The notes: generated by a model from the letters alone, not told the origin. A stretch of DNA of 64,000 nucleotides from Bacteroidota bacterium (GCA_043747595.1 JAYTOX010000021.1:1371-65370), one strand, 5' to 3'. Positions 17,985 to 28,604 are shown, counted from the stretch's first letter. Program-made: numbers and translations.

Positions 17985-18676
17985 AAAAAATAATTCTACC
18001 ACTATTAGTTTTTATTTTGTTTAATGATGTCTTTGGCCAAGGCATTTCTGCTCCTTTGTTGCTCGAACTTGTCAACAAAAAAACATTAAAAGCGAAAGAT
18101 TATTCTGTAGACGCTGCCATAAAAGTTGATTTACCTTTTTTGAAAATGCTCCCTATTACTGCCAAAATTTATTTCAAACAAAAGGATAAGTTTAAGATCG
18201 ATTCTAAATCTATTTCTATTTTACCACGACAAAGTTTTGACCAGCTTACAACTTTGCTCCAAAACCCAACTTCTTTTTCGTCAATGATCCAAAATACGGA
18301 AATGATTGGCAATACTGAAACCAAAGTTGTTAGTATTCTTCCATTTTCTGACACTACAGATTTGATACTGGGTCGACTTTGGATTGACCCTCTAAATTTA
18401 TTAGTGCTTAAATCGCAATTAACCAGCAAAAGTAACGGAACAATTCTCACCGAATATTTTTATGGAAGTCAATCTGAATTTGGATTACCTGATCGTATGA
18501 TTTTCACCGTAGATATTAAAAAATTTAAGATCCCTAAAAGTGTTACAATCGATATCAATAATTCAAAACCAACAAAGGAGACGAAAGAAAAGCAGGGAAA
18601 AATTTTCATTTCTCTCAGCAATTATTCAGTAAACCGAGGAATTGCAGATAGCATTTTTAAGAAAAAGCAAGAATAA
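17981..18676 (+). CDS. Exported LolA/LolB-like beta-barrel protein
   Basis: Signal peptide, 'RLWIDP..LLVLK' and 'YSVNRGIADSIF' end typical of LolA-like folds. GTG start overlaps the permease stop. Confidence 0.6.
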   Translation: MKKIILPLLVFILFNDVFGQGISAPLLLELVNKKTLKAKDYSVDAAIKVDLPFLKMLPITAKIYFKQKDKFKIDSKSISILPRQSFDQLTTLLQNPTSFSSMIQNTEMIGNTETKVVSILPFSDTTDLILGRLWIDPLNLLVLKSQLTSKSNGTILTEYFYGSQSEFGLPDRMIFTVDIKKFKIPKSVTIDINNSKPTKETKEKQGKIFISLSNYSVNRGIADSIFKKKQE

Positions 18677-18688
18677 TAATATTATCGA

Positions 18689-19900
18689 TTAACTTTTCAT
18701 TTTAATTGTATGACCTAATTTATCGCGCTTTGTAATCAAATAATTTTCATTGTGACTGTTGCTCTGAATTTCAATAGGAATAACTTGAGAGATTTCTAAT
18801 CCGTAACCAATCAATCCGGCTCTCTTCTTGGGATTATTCGTCATCAATTTCATTTTTGTAATTCCTAAATCACGAATAATTTGTGCACCTACACCATAAT
18901 CACGCTCATCACTTTCAAAGCCAAGTTGAATGTTTGCTTCTACTGTGTCGAGCCCCTGTTCCTGCAATTTATAAGCTTTCAATTTATTTAATAGTCCTAT
19001 TCCTCTTCCTTCTTGATTCATATAAACTACGACGCCCTTTCCTTCTTTCTCTATCATTTCCATCGCGCTGTGAAGTTGTGGTCCGCAATCGCATCTACAC
19101 GATCCGAAAATATCACCGGTAATGCATGATGAGTGAACGCGAACCAATACAGGTTCGTCGGGTTTCCAAGTTCCTTTTACCAACGCAAGATGTTCCTGGC
19201 CGGTAGTAACTTGTTTGTAGGCTATCAGATCAAAATCGCCGAAGATTGTAGGTAGTTTTACTGTTACTTCTTTTTCTATCAAGCTTTCTTTTTGCAATCG
19301 GTAAGAAATAAGATCTTCAATAGAGATAATCGACAAATTAAATTTTTGTGCGATCTGAATAAGGTCTGGTAAGCGAGCCATCGTTCCATCTTCATTCATA
19401 ATTTCAACCAATGTTCCTGCTGGAGCAGCTCCCGAAAGTCTTGCTAGGTCTATGGTTGCTTCGGTATGTCCCGCCCTTCTTAGTACACCACCTTTTTTTG
19501 CTCGTAATGGAAAAATATGTCCTGGTCGTCCTAGCTCTTCTTGTTTTGTATCCGGATTAATAAGTGCTTTAATTGTTTTTGACCTATCTGAAGCAGAGAT
19601 ACCGGTTGTTGTTCCATAACCTCTTAAATCGACAGATACAGTGAATTGCGTCTCGTGTGAAGAAGTATTTTGGCTAACCATTAATGGCAAATTCAAGTCG
19701 GCACATCGTTCTTCGGTTAATGCAACACAAATCAAACCTCTTCCATGAGTTGCCATAAAATTAACGACTTCAGGTGTTGAATTTTCTGCCGTGGTAATAA
19801 AGTCTCCTTCGTTTTCGCGATTAGCATCATCAACTACTATTATAACCTTGCCATTTTTAAGATCACTAATGGCCTGGTCGATCGTATTAAACTTAAACAT
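18689..19900 (-). CDS. ribBA: Bifunctional DHBP synthase / GTP cyclohydrolase II
   Basis: '[10 protein letters not shown]', 'RAGHTE', 'VRVHSSC.TGD.FGS.RCDCG' and 'QEGRGIG'. Confidence 0.97.
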   Translation of the reverse strand: MFKFNTIDQAISDLKNGKVIIVVDDANRENEGDFITTAENSTPEVVNFMATHGRGLICVALTEERCADLNLPLMVSQNTSSHETQFTVSVDLRGYGTTTGISASDRSKTIKALINPDTKQEELGRPGHIFPLRAKKGGVLRRAGHTEATIDLARLSGAAPAGTLVEIMNEDGTMARLPDLIQIAQKFNLSIISIEDLISYRLQKESLIEKEVTVKLPTIFGDFDLIAYKQVTTGQEHLALVKGTWKPDEPVLVRVHSSCITGDIFGSCRCDCGPQLHSAMEMIEKEGKGVVVYMNQEGRGIGLLNKLKAYKLQEQGLDTVEANIQLGFESDERDYGVGAQIIRDLGITKMKLMTNNPKKRAGLIGYGLEISQVIPIEIQSNSHNENYLITKRDKLGHTIKMKS

Positions 19901-19919
19901 AGCTATAAATTATAGGCGA

Positions 19920-19927
19920 CAAAGTTA
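19920..19927 (-). promoter_or_regulatory. -7 box TAACTTTG for ribBA
   Basis: Exact TAnnTTTG 19 nt upstream of the ATG. Confidence 0.55.
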
Positions 19928-20172
19928 ATAAACTTAGTTGGTTGTCTGATTTTTAATTATAAATCCAATTATAGCAGAATAACACTTCCCTCCTTACAAA
20001 GTTTTAGTGCTAAAAAATTAGTTAATAGTGAAAAAATCAGAGAAAAGTAATTGAGGAGGTTTCAATTTTCGAAAGTGATTGCAAATGTAAGATTGAATGA
20101 AAAAGAAGCTACTATCAACTCTTGAAAGCTATAATATTGTATTCATAACCTAAACATTGAATGGTTTAACTA

Positions 20173-20229
20173 CAACCCCGTAAGGTTGACTTCAAAAGAT
20201 GGCAAGTCCCGTAAGACTTCCATCTTTTG
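20173..20229. repeat. Tandem hairpins sharing a CCCGTAAG core, directly after the tamB stop
   Basis: CAACC-ccgtaa-GGTTG (20173-20188) and CAAAAGATGG-c-AAGTC-ccgtaa-GACTT-CCATCTTTTG (20193-20229). Confidence 0.7.
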
Positions 20230-23200
20230 TTATTTAGGGATAGCTGTATTGTTTTCAGCTTCATTATTTTTTGCTCGCCAATTTTTTATTAAATCGGAAA
20301 ATGAATTGAAATCTTTTCTATAAAAAACACCCAAACCTTGAGTATAGGGTGATTGAGAATAATTAATAATATTATCGGCATTTGATCTGTTAAATCCTTT
20401 TATCCTAAATCGACCATCTTCGCTTACTTTGTATTCAGCATTAAAGTCACCTACCACAGAACTTGTCGCATAACTTTGTGTGCTACTTAAATAACCTACG
20501 TTTCCTTCGAAGGTAAGTCGATCGTTTAAAATTGATTTACTCAAAATTACCTGAAACTCTTCGCTACTATAAGTGTCTTTAGCGCGGTAATTAAAACCAA
20601 TATTGACATCTTTACTCAGTTGCCCAAGCCAATTGCTCACTTGATTACTCAACAATTCACTTGCGCTAGCTCCTGCTCCTGCTCCTGCATCTAATCGCCC
20701 AACTTGTCCTGGACCAGTTTGCGGAATAAATTGGTTCAGCACCAATAAACCAAACATCTGCTTGTTAATTTCTTGTTCAGAATTAAGAATAGTTTTCACT
20801 AAACCTTCTGCTGTTGGATCAAGTCCCTTAACTGTTATTTCGTAACTAATTGTAGGATTCATCAATTTATTGGTAAGAAACAAACGACATTCAACCGGAA
20901 TCCTTCGCTTATAACTGCTGTCTGCAAGTAAATTATAGAGCGACGATGTATTTACAATATAAACAGCACTCATGTCTACATTCGCTTCGTATGGATCGCC
21001 GGCCCATGTAATCTTACTTCCCGGATCGATCGTAAACTTTTTATTGATTAAATTTTGCAGTGTAAATAGATAATCTCCTTTTTCAATAATATATGTTCCA
21101 TACATATTAAAATTTCCTGCCGTATTAATATCGAGTTTTAAACTACCTGTTCCACTTCCGGAAATTACGTCACCAATTTTTTCATCAAAGATAATATTGA
21201 TCAACGCGTTTCTATTCATATCCAAATTCATATTTAATTTTACCCCTGAAAGGTCAACACGATTGCCTCTGCCACCTTTTAATGTTGAATCAGCTGACTT
21301 GTCAATAAAACTAATATATTCGCTCTTACTTAAATCGCTTGATGTGTTTAATGGTATGTTTACAACAGTCCCTTTACTTGGACTCATAGATATATCCATA
21401 TTCATATTTTCAAGGGGGCCATAAAAATGTGCATAGCCAGAAGCATTTGCTATGCCATAATAAAGGGAGTTGTCGAGCGCTGTCGTATTTAACACTTGAA
21501 ATTTTTCCGCATTCATATCCGCATCAAATCTAAAGTCTCTAAAAAATCGATGAGTAACTTTACCATTTACAATTGCTTCGTTTCCGTTATCGTCGTTAAG
21601 TTTCAAATTGTTTATTAAAAAATTATTGTCATTTACTTTTACTTCTGTTGTAAAGCTGTAATGTGTCTGTAAGTAATTAATAAGTAAACTCATTTTATTA
21701 AGTACTAAATTTCCGTTGAACATCGGTTTTGAAAAAGTTCCGGTAAGATGAAGGTCGGCGTTAATTTTTCCATATAGATTTGTAAAAATATCGGCGATGT
21801 ATTTTTCTATTGGGTGGATATACAAATTATTAAGAGTAATTTTGTAATCGAGATTATCTTCTTCTTTAGATAAATAATATTTACCGGTTATGTCTATAAT
21901 TTTTGCTGTTCCCTTTACTGCAGAAATAGTTGATGTTAGAATTTCCTTTTCATTGTCGTACGCTGAAGTAATAGACATATTTCCTATTGTATCTTTATTC
22001 ACCGTTAAGGTATTTATTTGCAGATCGGATTCTATTTGTAATTTGTGATATACATCAGACAGATGTAATTGTCCGCTCATTTCTCCACTCAGAAAATCTT
22101 TGTCTGCTTTTGCTATTGTATTTATATGCGAAAGACCGAAATTAGAGAGCAATACATTTAATTTATCAGAAGGGTTTTCACTTATTCTTCCACTCACCGA
22201 TATTGATTCTGCACCTTTCACAAAAAATAAATGATTAATATCAATCAATGATGAATCGAACACAATTGAATTGAGCTCGTCTAATTTCCACTGCTGATTT
22301 TCTACTACTAAATAAGAACTATCAATTTTTAAATCGAATTTCGAAGAATTATCAAAATGAATACTACCATTTAATCGTGCTCGGTTTATGAAAGTATCTC
22401 TATCTGCCAATTGAATTTTAAATCCAATTTGATTGTTTTTTGTAAGTGCATTAATTACTGGTAACTCAATGATTGAATTGGCATCTTTATCGGATACTCG
22501 TTTAGCCTTAGCAATGAGATCCATTTTGTCGCGGTCAGTTGATGAAGTAATTGACAGCGAATCAAAAACTAATCCTTTAAATCGTACATAGGGTGTGTTA
22601 AGTTTCAAATTGAAATCATACTGAGAGCTGTTGAAATGCCCGGATATAATTGTATTTGGTGCAAAATCCCACGATGGTAAAAAATTTTCTGTAATTACAT
22701 TTAAGTTTTTCAACTTTATTTCATAGGTGAAATTTTGATTGCTTTGAAAAGATTTTTTTGGAAGTATAACTGATGGTAAATAACGTGGAATAATTTCTTT
22801 GAAGGCATCTCCTATTGTAGCAAATTCAAAAATTCCAACACAATGCGCATCTAAGTTATCGGAGTTAATATCTACTGTTCGCGTTCCATTCTCTTGCGAT
22901 GAATGGATATCGATATTGTTGATATGATATAGTTTTTTACCCGATTTGAGATTCGTGTTTTTAATAAGTATTTCTCCAACTATATTGTCAGGTTTATTTC
23001 CGATAAATCGTGTGCTGATATAGGTTTGAAGTACATTGCTTCCATTCAGTTTAAATAAATTTAGTGAATCGAGTTGTGCTCTTTTTATATCTGCCACAAA
23101 ATTAAACTCAGGAAGAGTCGATCGGAAATCTATCGACCCAAGAAAGTCAAATTGAACATTTGGTTCATTAACAGATAAAGTTCCATTGAATAATTTTTTT

Positions 23201-24678
23201 GCAAACTGCCCGTCCACATTTATCTTCCTATAAGTATAGTTTTTAAAATCTAAAGCTGCGATTTTACCATTAATAGTAGCATTTAAATTATCGAATTTAA
23301 GTCCTGAACCTTTTACATCTAAACTTAACGAGACTTTTCCTAGATCTGGCAATTTTGCAATCACGCCTGCATTAAATTGTGAAGATGATAAATGCCCGCT
23401 GTATGTAGTTTGTTTAGTGTCTCGATTGTATTTTAAATTTAAATCTGATGTTAATAAGCCAAGGTCGGTGTTGATTGAACCATACGCGACAAAGTCATTA
23501 TAGAATCCATTGAATTTCCCTTTAAATGTAACGGTTCCAAGTTGCGCTAAATTTTCAGGAATAAGAATATGGTTAGGAGTTGAAAATGGTGGAACCGATA
23601 TTGATTCTATATCTTTCTTGTTTGTTTTAATGGCTTCAGCAGTTAATTCGATATACGTGTCTTCAATTTTCGGAAGACCATTCATCGCAATATTGCCCTT
23701 AAAATATGATTCTTTTCCCCATTCAATTGTAACATCTTTTCCTTTAAATCTATTTACAGTTCCTCGGAAATTTCCATCCAATCTTAGAGAATCCTTCATT
23801 CCCCAAAGATCGTCGGTGAAATAAGAGATATCTTGGAAACAAATAACAGATTTAGTGAAATCCGATTTCCAATGTACTTCATGTGTAAATTCATTGAAAG
23901 CTGAAAAGTTTGAATAGAAAAATGAAAGGTCGGTTTGTATTAAACTAATTGGAGTACGGAGAATTAATTTTTTAGCATTGATTTCTTGTGATGATATTTT
24001 TGCCTCAGCACTTAACTCATTAATTTGAAAGCCTGACTTATCTTTAAACTTCAGCTGATTGATGTTTACGAAAAAGTTCGAATTTTCTTGATGAAAGTTA
24101 TTGAAAGAACCATTTATGTTTGTTAATAAAAGATCGGAGAAATTTACTCCATTTACGTGTAAGGTATCATTTTCATCTAGGCGTTTAAAGCGAAGGTCAA
24201 TCAGTGAAAGGTTTTTCACATTGATTTTCCAAGGAGCCGAACTTGTGGTATCGCTAGAGGAGAAATATTCTGCAATGAAGTTCAGATTGTCATGTTCCTC
24301 GCCTTTATATTTGTTTAAATTAAAAATAGCTTTGTCTACTGTAAGCTTACTTATTTTTAATAAATGTTTTTTAGCTGAAAAATCAGAAATGTCGACATCA
24401 ATTTCTTGAGCATAAATTAATGTATCGTTGTGTAGGTCTTTAATAAGTACACCATCTAACCTTACATTTTTCACTAATCTAAAACTAAGGCCTTGAATAC
24501 TTACTTCTGTATTGAGTTCGGACGACATATACGCTGCCACTCGCCGTGCAAAAAATGTTTGTACGCTATCGACTCTCAATACCAAAAGGACAAAAACCAG
24601 AAAAATTAAAATCAGGCCAAGTGTCCAATATAGAAATCGTCTAAATTTTTTGATAATTTTGAATTTTAATAACGACAA
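20230..24678 (-). CDS. tamB: Translocation/assembly module TamB (DUF490) family protein
   Basis: 1482 aa, N-terminal TM anchor, beta-taco-like repeats and C-terminal 'YTQGLGVFYRKDF'. Divergent from tsaD; start uncertain. Confidence 0.85.
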   Translation of the reverse strand: MSLLKFKIIKKFRRFLYWTLGLILIFLVFVLLVLRVDSVQTFFARRVAAYMSSELNTEVSIQGLSFRLVKNVRLDGVLIKDLHNDTLIYAQEIDVDISDFSAKKHLLKISKLTVDKAIFNLNKYKGEEHDNLNFIAEYFSSSDTTSSAPWKINVKNLSLIDLRFKRLDENDTLHVNGVNFSDLLLTNINGSFNNFHQENSNFFVNINQLKFKDKSGFQINELSAEAKISSQEINAKKLILRTPISLIQTDLSFFYSNFSAFNEFTHEVHWKSDFTKSVICFQDISYFTDDLWGMKDSLRLDGNFRGTVNRFKGKDVTIEWGKESYFKGNIAMNGLPKIEDTYIELTAEAIKTNKKDIESISVPPFSTPNHILIPENLAQLGTVTFKGKFNGFYNDFVAYGSINTDLGLLTSDLNLKYNRDTKQTTYSGHLSSSQFNAGVIAKLPDLGKVSLSLDVKGSGLKFDNLNATINGKIAALDFKNYTYRKINVDGQFAKKLFNGTLSVNEPNVQFDFLGSIDFRSTLPEFNFVADIKRAQLDSLNLFKLNGSNVLQTYISTRFIGNKPDNIVGEILIKNTNLKSGKKLYHINNIDIHSSQENGTRTVDINSDNLDAHCVGIFEFATIGDAFKEIIPRYLPSVILPKKSFQSNQNFTYEIKLKNLNVITENFLPSWDFAPNTIISGHFNSSQYDFNLKLNTPYVRFKGLVFDSLSITSSTDRDKMDLIAKAKRVSDKDANSIIELPVINALTKNNQIGFKIQLADRDTFINRARLNGSIHFDNSSKFDLKIDSSYLVVENQQWKLDELNSIVFDSSLIDINHLFFVKGAESISVSGRISENPSDKLNVLLSNFGLSHINTIAKADKDFLSGEMSGQLHLSDVYHKLQIESDLQINTLTVNKDTIGNMSITSAYDNEKEILTSTISAVKGTAKIIDITGKYYLSKEEDNLDYKITLNNLYIHPIEKYIADIFTNLYGKINADLHLTGTFSKPMFNGNLVLNKMSLLINYLQTHYSFTTEVKVNDNNFLINNLKLNDDNGNEAIVNGKVTHRFFRDFRFDADMNAEKFQVLNTTALDNSLYYGIANASGYAHFYGPLENMNMDISMSPSKGTVVNIPLNTSSDLSKSEYISFIDKSADSTLKGGRGNRVDLSGVKLNMNLDMNRNALINIIFDEKIGDVISGSGTGSLKLDINTAGNFNMYGTYIIEKGDYLFTLQNLINKKFTIDPGSKITWAGDPYEANVDMSAVYIVNTSSLYNLLADSSYKRRIPVECRLFLTNKLMNPTISYEITVKGLDPTAEGLVKTILNSEQEINKQMFGLLVLNQFIPQTGPGQVGRLDAGAGAGASASELLSNQVSNWLGQLSKDVNIGFNYRAKDTYSSEEFQVILSKSILNDRLTFEGNVGYLSSTQSYATSSVVGDFNAEYKVSEDGRFRIKGFNRSNADNIINYSQSPYTQGLGVFYRKDFNSFSDLIKNWRAKNNEAENNTAIPK

Positions 24679-24698
24679 ACTTTGACAACATTCATACC

Positions 24699-25715
24699 AT
24701 GGATAAGGTCTTCATTTTAGGAATAGAATCATCATGCGATGAAACGTCGGCATCAGTAATTTGCAATGATACTGTTTTGTCGAATGTGATTGCTAGTCAA
24801 GAACTTGTACACCAATTTTATGGTGGCGTAGTTCCTGAATTAGCCTCACGTGCGCATCAACAGAAGATTATTCCGGTAATAGAAGAAGCACTTATAAAGG
24901 CAAATATAACTAAAAACGACCTTAATGCAGTAGCTTTTACAAGAGGTCCCGGATTAATGGGTGCTTTATTGGTTGGTGTTTCTTTTGCCAAATCGTTTGC
25001 GATGGCATTAGACATCCCAATAATTGAAGTGAACCATATGCAAGGCCATATTCTTGCTCACTTTATTCAAAAACCTGATACACGAAAAAGTGTTCCCTCC
25101 TTTCCCTTTTTATGCTTAACGGTTTCTGGCGGCCACACACAGATTGTTCGAATCGATTCAATCTTAGAAATGGAAATTATTGGGATGACAATTGATGATG
25201 CAGCTGGTGAAGCATTCGACAAAACGGCTAAGATACTTGGCCTTCCTTATCCGGGAGGTCCTTTGATCGATAAGCATGCACAAAGTGGAAATGCCGAACG
25301 ATTTAAATTTACACACCCTAACGTGGAAGGATTAAATTTTTCATTCAGCGGATTGAAAACAGCGATACTTTATTTTATCAAAGAGAATACGAAAAACGAT
25401 CCGCAATTTGTTTTGAATAATCTCAATGACATTTGTGCATCTGTACAGAAAACCATCGTTGATATTCTGATGCATAAAATTAAATTGGCAAGAGTCCAAA
25501 CTGGAATTAATCAACTCACTCTTGCCGGTGGAGTTAGTGCAAACAGTGCCCTAAGAAAGGCCTTTCTCGAACTCGAATCTGATAACTGTGATGTATACAT
25601 TCCCGCTTTTGAGTTTTGTACTGACAATGCAGCTATGATTGCAATTACAGGATATTTTAAATTCTTGGAAAAGCAATTTTCAGGTTTAAATGTTACTCCA
25701 TTAGCGAGATATTGA
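24699..25715 (+). CDS. tsaD: tRNA N6-threonylcarbamoyltransferase subunit TsaD
   Basis: 'ILGIESSCDET', 'GGVVPELASRAH', 'HMQGH', 'VSGGHT', 'DDAAGEAFDK' and 'TDNAAMI'. Confidence 0.97.
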   Translation: MDKVFILGIESSCDETSASVICNDTVLSNVIASQELVHQFYGGVVPELASRAHQQKIIPVIEEALIKANITKNDLNAVAFTRGPGLMGALLVGVSFAKSFAMALDIPIIEVNHMQGHILAHFIQKPDTRKSVPSFPFLCLTVSGGHTQIVRIDSILEMEIIGMTIDDAAGEAFDKTAKILGLPYPGGPLIDKHAQSGNAERFKFTHPNVEGLNFSFSGLKTAILYFIKENTKNDPQFVLNNLNDICASVQKTIVDILMHKIKLARVQTGINQLTLAGGVSANSALRKAFLELESDNCDVYIPAFEFCTDNAAMIAITGYFKFLEKQFSGLNVTPLARY

Positions 25716-25746
25716 TTTTAAGAGCAGACTTATTACATCTAAATTC

Positions 25747-26445
25747 ATGAAAACAAAAAATAGATTCTACTTCCCATTACTTATTATTTCCGTTTGTATT
25801 CTTGCTTGCACTCAAAAAGTAAAAGAAGAAAGCAACAGTCAAGCAACTGTGTCAAATGTTCAAGAGAATGTTCAACTCATAAATGAATTTATTTGTGGAT
25901 TATGGAGCCTCGACAGCAATCGATCACTTACAAATGTTGGCTTTTATATCAAACCGGATGGCACTATCGATTTTGTTACAGGCGATTTATCTGGTAGCTG
26001 GAAATTGGAAGGAAAGGACTTGTTAGTACTCTCCTTTTCACAAAATGAAAAAGATATAGTTCTTAAATACCATCTTGATTCGCTAAATGAATCACAAATG
26101 ATTCTATCGGATTCTTCAGGACAAAATATTTATAGAAAAGTTCCATTCGGAATAAATAACGACGAAATAGTTCTTACCGGATTTCATGGAACATTATTTC
26201 CGGGAATCTCCAAAGAATATTCGTTTATGTTGCCTTCTGCAAAGAAAATTCGACTGTCATTAAAGAGCGAGGATTCAACTATCAAAATGCGAATCTACGA
26301 TGCAACAAAAGAGTTAACTTCTATTCCACTTACCGATTGGCAATCCATTATGGTGAAAAGTGGAACGTATAAGGTGAAGGTAAATTACTTGAATCAGAAG
26401 ATTGGCAAGATGAACGACTTTGATTTAAAAGTTTACGGGCAATAG
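25747..26445 (+). CDS. Hypothetical lipoprotein
   Basis: Lipobox-like 'ILAC' after a hydrophobic stretch; beta-rich body. Confidence 0.6.
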   Translation: MKTKNRFYFPLLIISVCILACTQKVKEESNSQATVSNVQENVQLINEFICGLWSLDSNRSLTNVGFYIKPDGTIDFVTGDLSGSWKLEGKDLLVLSFSQNEKDIVLKYHLDSLNESQMILSDSSGQNIYRKVPFGINNDEIVLTGFHGTLFPGISKEYSFMLPSAKKIRLSLKSEDSTIKMRIYDATKELTSIPLTDWQSIMVKSGTYKVKVNYLNQKIGKMNDFDLKVYGQ

Positions 26446-26492
26446 TTTTTTTGCGAATTATTATGTTAAGTGAGCTTTTGTATTCAGGAATT

Positions 26493-26529
26493 AAAAAGCC
26501 CCGGTGAACTTGAATCATCGGGGCCTTTT
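26493..26529. terminator. Bidirectional intrinsic terminator
   Basis: AAAAAGCCCCGGTGA-loop-TCATCGGGGCCTTTT between convergent genes. Confidence 0.8.
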
Positions 26530-26549
26530 AATGTAAGTGAGTTGATCGA

Positions 26550-28604
26550 TTACCAGATTTTAACTCTCATTGAATCTGTTCTCCACATATTGTCTCCTTC
26601 TTTTATTCCAAACGCTTCGTAGAATTCAGGCATATCGCTCATTGGTCCGTTTACACGCAAAAAATTTGGTGCATGAACGTCTGTCATTACTTGCATGGCT
26701 AACGATTTATCTCTTGCATGTCCTAGCCAACCTAAAGTATAACCTAAGAAATATCGTTGTACCGGAGTTAAGCCATCGATCTTCTCCCCTTTCTTAAATT
26801 CTTCGGTGCGTTTAAAGGCATCGAGTCCAATTACCAATCCACCAAGATCTGCAATGTTCTCACCTAATGAAGCTTTGCCATTTACATGTAAGCTGTCTAA
26901 TACAACATAGCTACTAAATTGATCAGCTAGTATTTTCGCTTGCTTGCTAAAATTGATTGAATCTTCTTTCGTCCACCAATTTGATAAATTTCCGTTTGCA
27001 TCAAACTGACGGCCTTCATCATCGAAGCCATGTGTTAGCTCATGACCAATTGTACTTGCAGCAGCATAACCATAAATGATAGCATCATCTGCCAAAGAAT
27101 CCGGAAGTCCGGGAATCAAGAATTGAGCAGCAGGAAGTACAATTTCATTATTCGACGGATTATAATATGCATTGTAAGTTTGAGGAGTCATGTCCCACTC
27201 TGTGCGATCGACAGGCTTATTGAGTTTGTCTACATAATAATTGAATTGCCATGTTCTGCATTGAATTACATTATTTACAAACGAGCTTCTATCAATTTTC
27301 ATCGACGAATAATCTTTCCATTTATCCGGATAGCAAACTTTGTAACTGATTTTTGCAAGTTTATCAAGTGCTTTCGCTTTTGTTTCTTTGCTCATCCATG
27401 AAAGATTTTCAATATGGATTTTGTATTCAGCTAACATATTTTTAACCAAAATCGTGTAACGATCGCGCATAGCTGGAGAAACAAATTTGTTCACATATAA
27501 TTGTCCTAAAGCATCGCCTAAAAAACTTTCTTCAGAATCGAGTATTCTTTTCCACCTAGGGCGCTGCGAAGTCGTACCTGTCATTACTGAACCAAAAAAA
27601 TGAAAATTTTGATCGTTGATATTCGAACTCAGTTCTGTAGCAAAACTGTTTATCAAATTCCATCTCAAATAAGTTTTCCAATCGTTAATAGGAACAGTGG
27701 TTAAACTTTTTTCCACTTGCTTATAAAATTCCGGCTGACCAATAATAACTGTATCAACGCCGGCTATGTTCATCGACTTCATTAAATCCATCCAGTTAAT
27801 TGAAGGAGTAATTTTATTAAAATCGGCAATAGCCATTTTATTGTAATTAGCATAAGGGTCGCGTAGATCTTCCAACTTTCTGGAAGCCTTCGCAAGATCT
27901 TCTTCTATTTTATAAACCGTTACAGCATTCGCAGTTGCTATTTTTTCATTGTCACCTAGAAGCATGAACATTTTCTGTAAATGAATTTTATATTCTGCTC
28001 TGATGGTTTTGGTGCGTTCGTCGGTGTTAAAATAATAATCACGTTCAGGTAGACCTATACCTCCCTGATAAAAATGCATCGCGTATTTCGTGCTATTCAT
28101 TTCATCCTGATAAATACCTGTACTGAATAATGGAGAACCGGCATATATTTGAAAATGCGATATTGCATTTATCACATCTTGCTTTGTTTTGATAGCATTA
28201 ATTATTTCGAATTCTTTGTTCAAAGGTGTTAGCCCTTGCGTTTCGATAACTGCACTATCCATTCCTGTGTGCCAAAAATCTCCAATACGCTGAGCATTGC
28301 TTTCCGTTTCTGATTTAGAATTCGCAGCTTCATTGCTCAATGTTTGCAATTTATCATAGATATCGTTTCGAACTAGGTTTGCAATTCCCCAACGGCGTTC
28401 ACTCGAAGGAATCGGATTGTTCTTCATCCAATTGCCGGTAGCAAATTTGAAAAAATCATCCCCCGGTTTAATGGTGCTATCGATGTACTGAAAAAGGAAA
28501 TCATCTTCGGTTACTTTACTCAAGTCTTGTTTTGGTTTTGTAGTACAAGATGAGAGAGCAATTACCGGAATCATTAATAAAAGAAATTTTCTTAGCTTAT
28601 GCAT
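26550..28604 (-). CDS. M13 family metallopeptidase (PepO-like), lipoprotein
   Basis: Lipobox LSSC, 'YNAYY', HELTH zinc motif, 'GENIAD' and 'HAP..LRVNG'. Confidence 0.93.
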   Translation of the reverse strand: MHKLRKFLLLMIPVIALSSCTTKPKQDLSKVTEDDFLFQYIDSTIKPGDDFFKFATGNWMKNNPIPSSERRWGIANLVRNDIYDKLQTLSNEAANSKSETESNAQRIGDFWHTGMDSAVIETQGLTPLNKEFEIINAIKTKQDVINAISHFQIYAGSPLFSTGIYQDEMNSTKYAMHFYQGGIGLPERDYYFNTDERTKTIRAEYKIHLQKMFMLLGDNEKIATANAVTVYKIEEDLAKASRKLEDLRDPYANYNKMAIADFNKITPSINWMDLMKSMNIAGVDTVIIGQPEFYKQVEKSLTTVPINDWKTYLRWNLINSFATELSSNINDQNFHFFGSVMTGTTSQRPRWKRILDSEESFLGDALGQLYVNKFVSPAMRDRYTILVKNMLAEYKIHIENLSWMSKETKAKALDKLAKISYKVCYPDKWKDYSSMKIDRSSFVNNVIQCRTWQFNYYVDKLNKPVDRTEWDMTPQTYNAYYNPSNNEIVLPAAQFLIPGLPDSLADDAIIYGYAAASTIGHELTHGFDDEGRQFDANGNLSNWWTKEDSINFSKQAKILADQFSSYVVLDSLHVNGKASLGENIADLGGLVIGLDAFKRTEEFKKGEKIDGLTPVQRYFLGYTLGWLGHARDKSLAMQVMTDVHAPNFLRVNGPMSDMPEFYEAFGIKEGDNMWRTDSMRVKIW

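Noticed and set aside
19901-20229. FMN riboswitch upstream of ribBA
   Set aside because: None of the conserved RFN segments (e.g. GGGCAGGGUGAAAUUCCCGACCGGUGG) is present on the minus strand.
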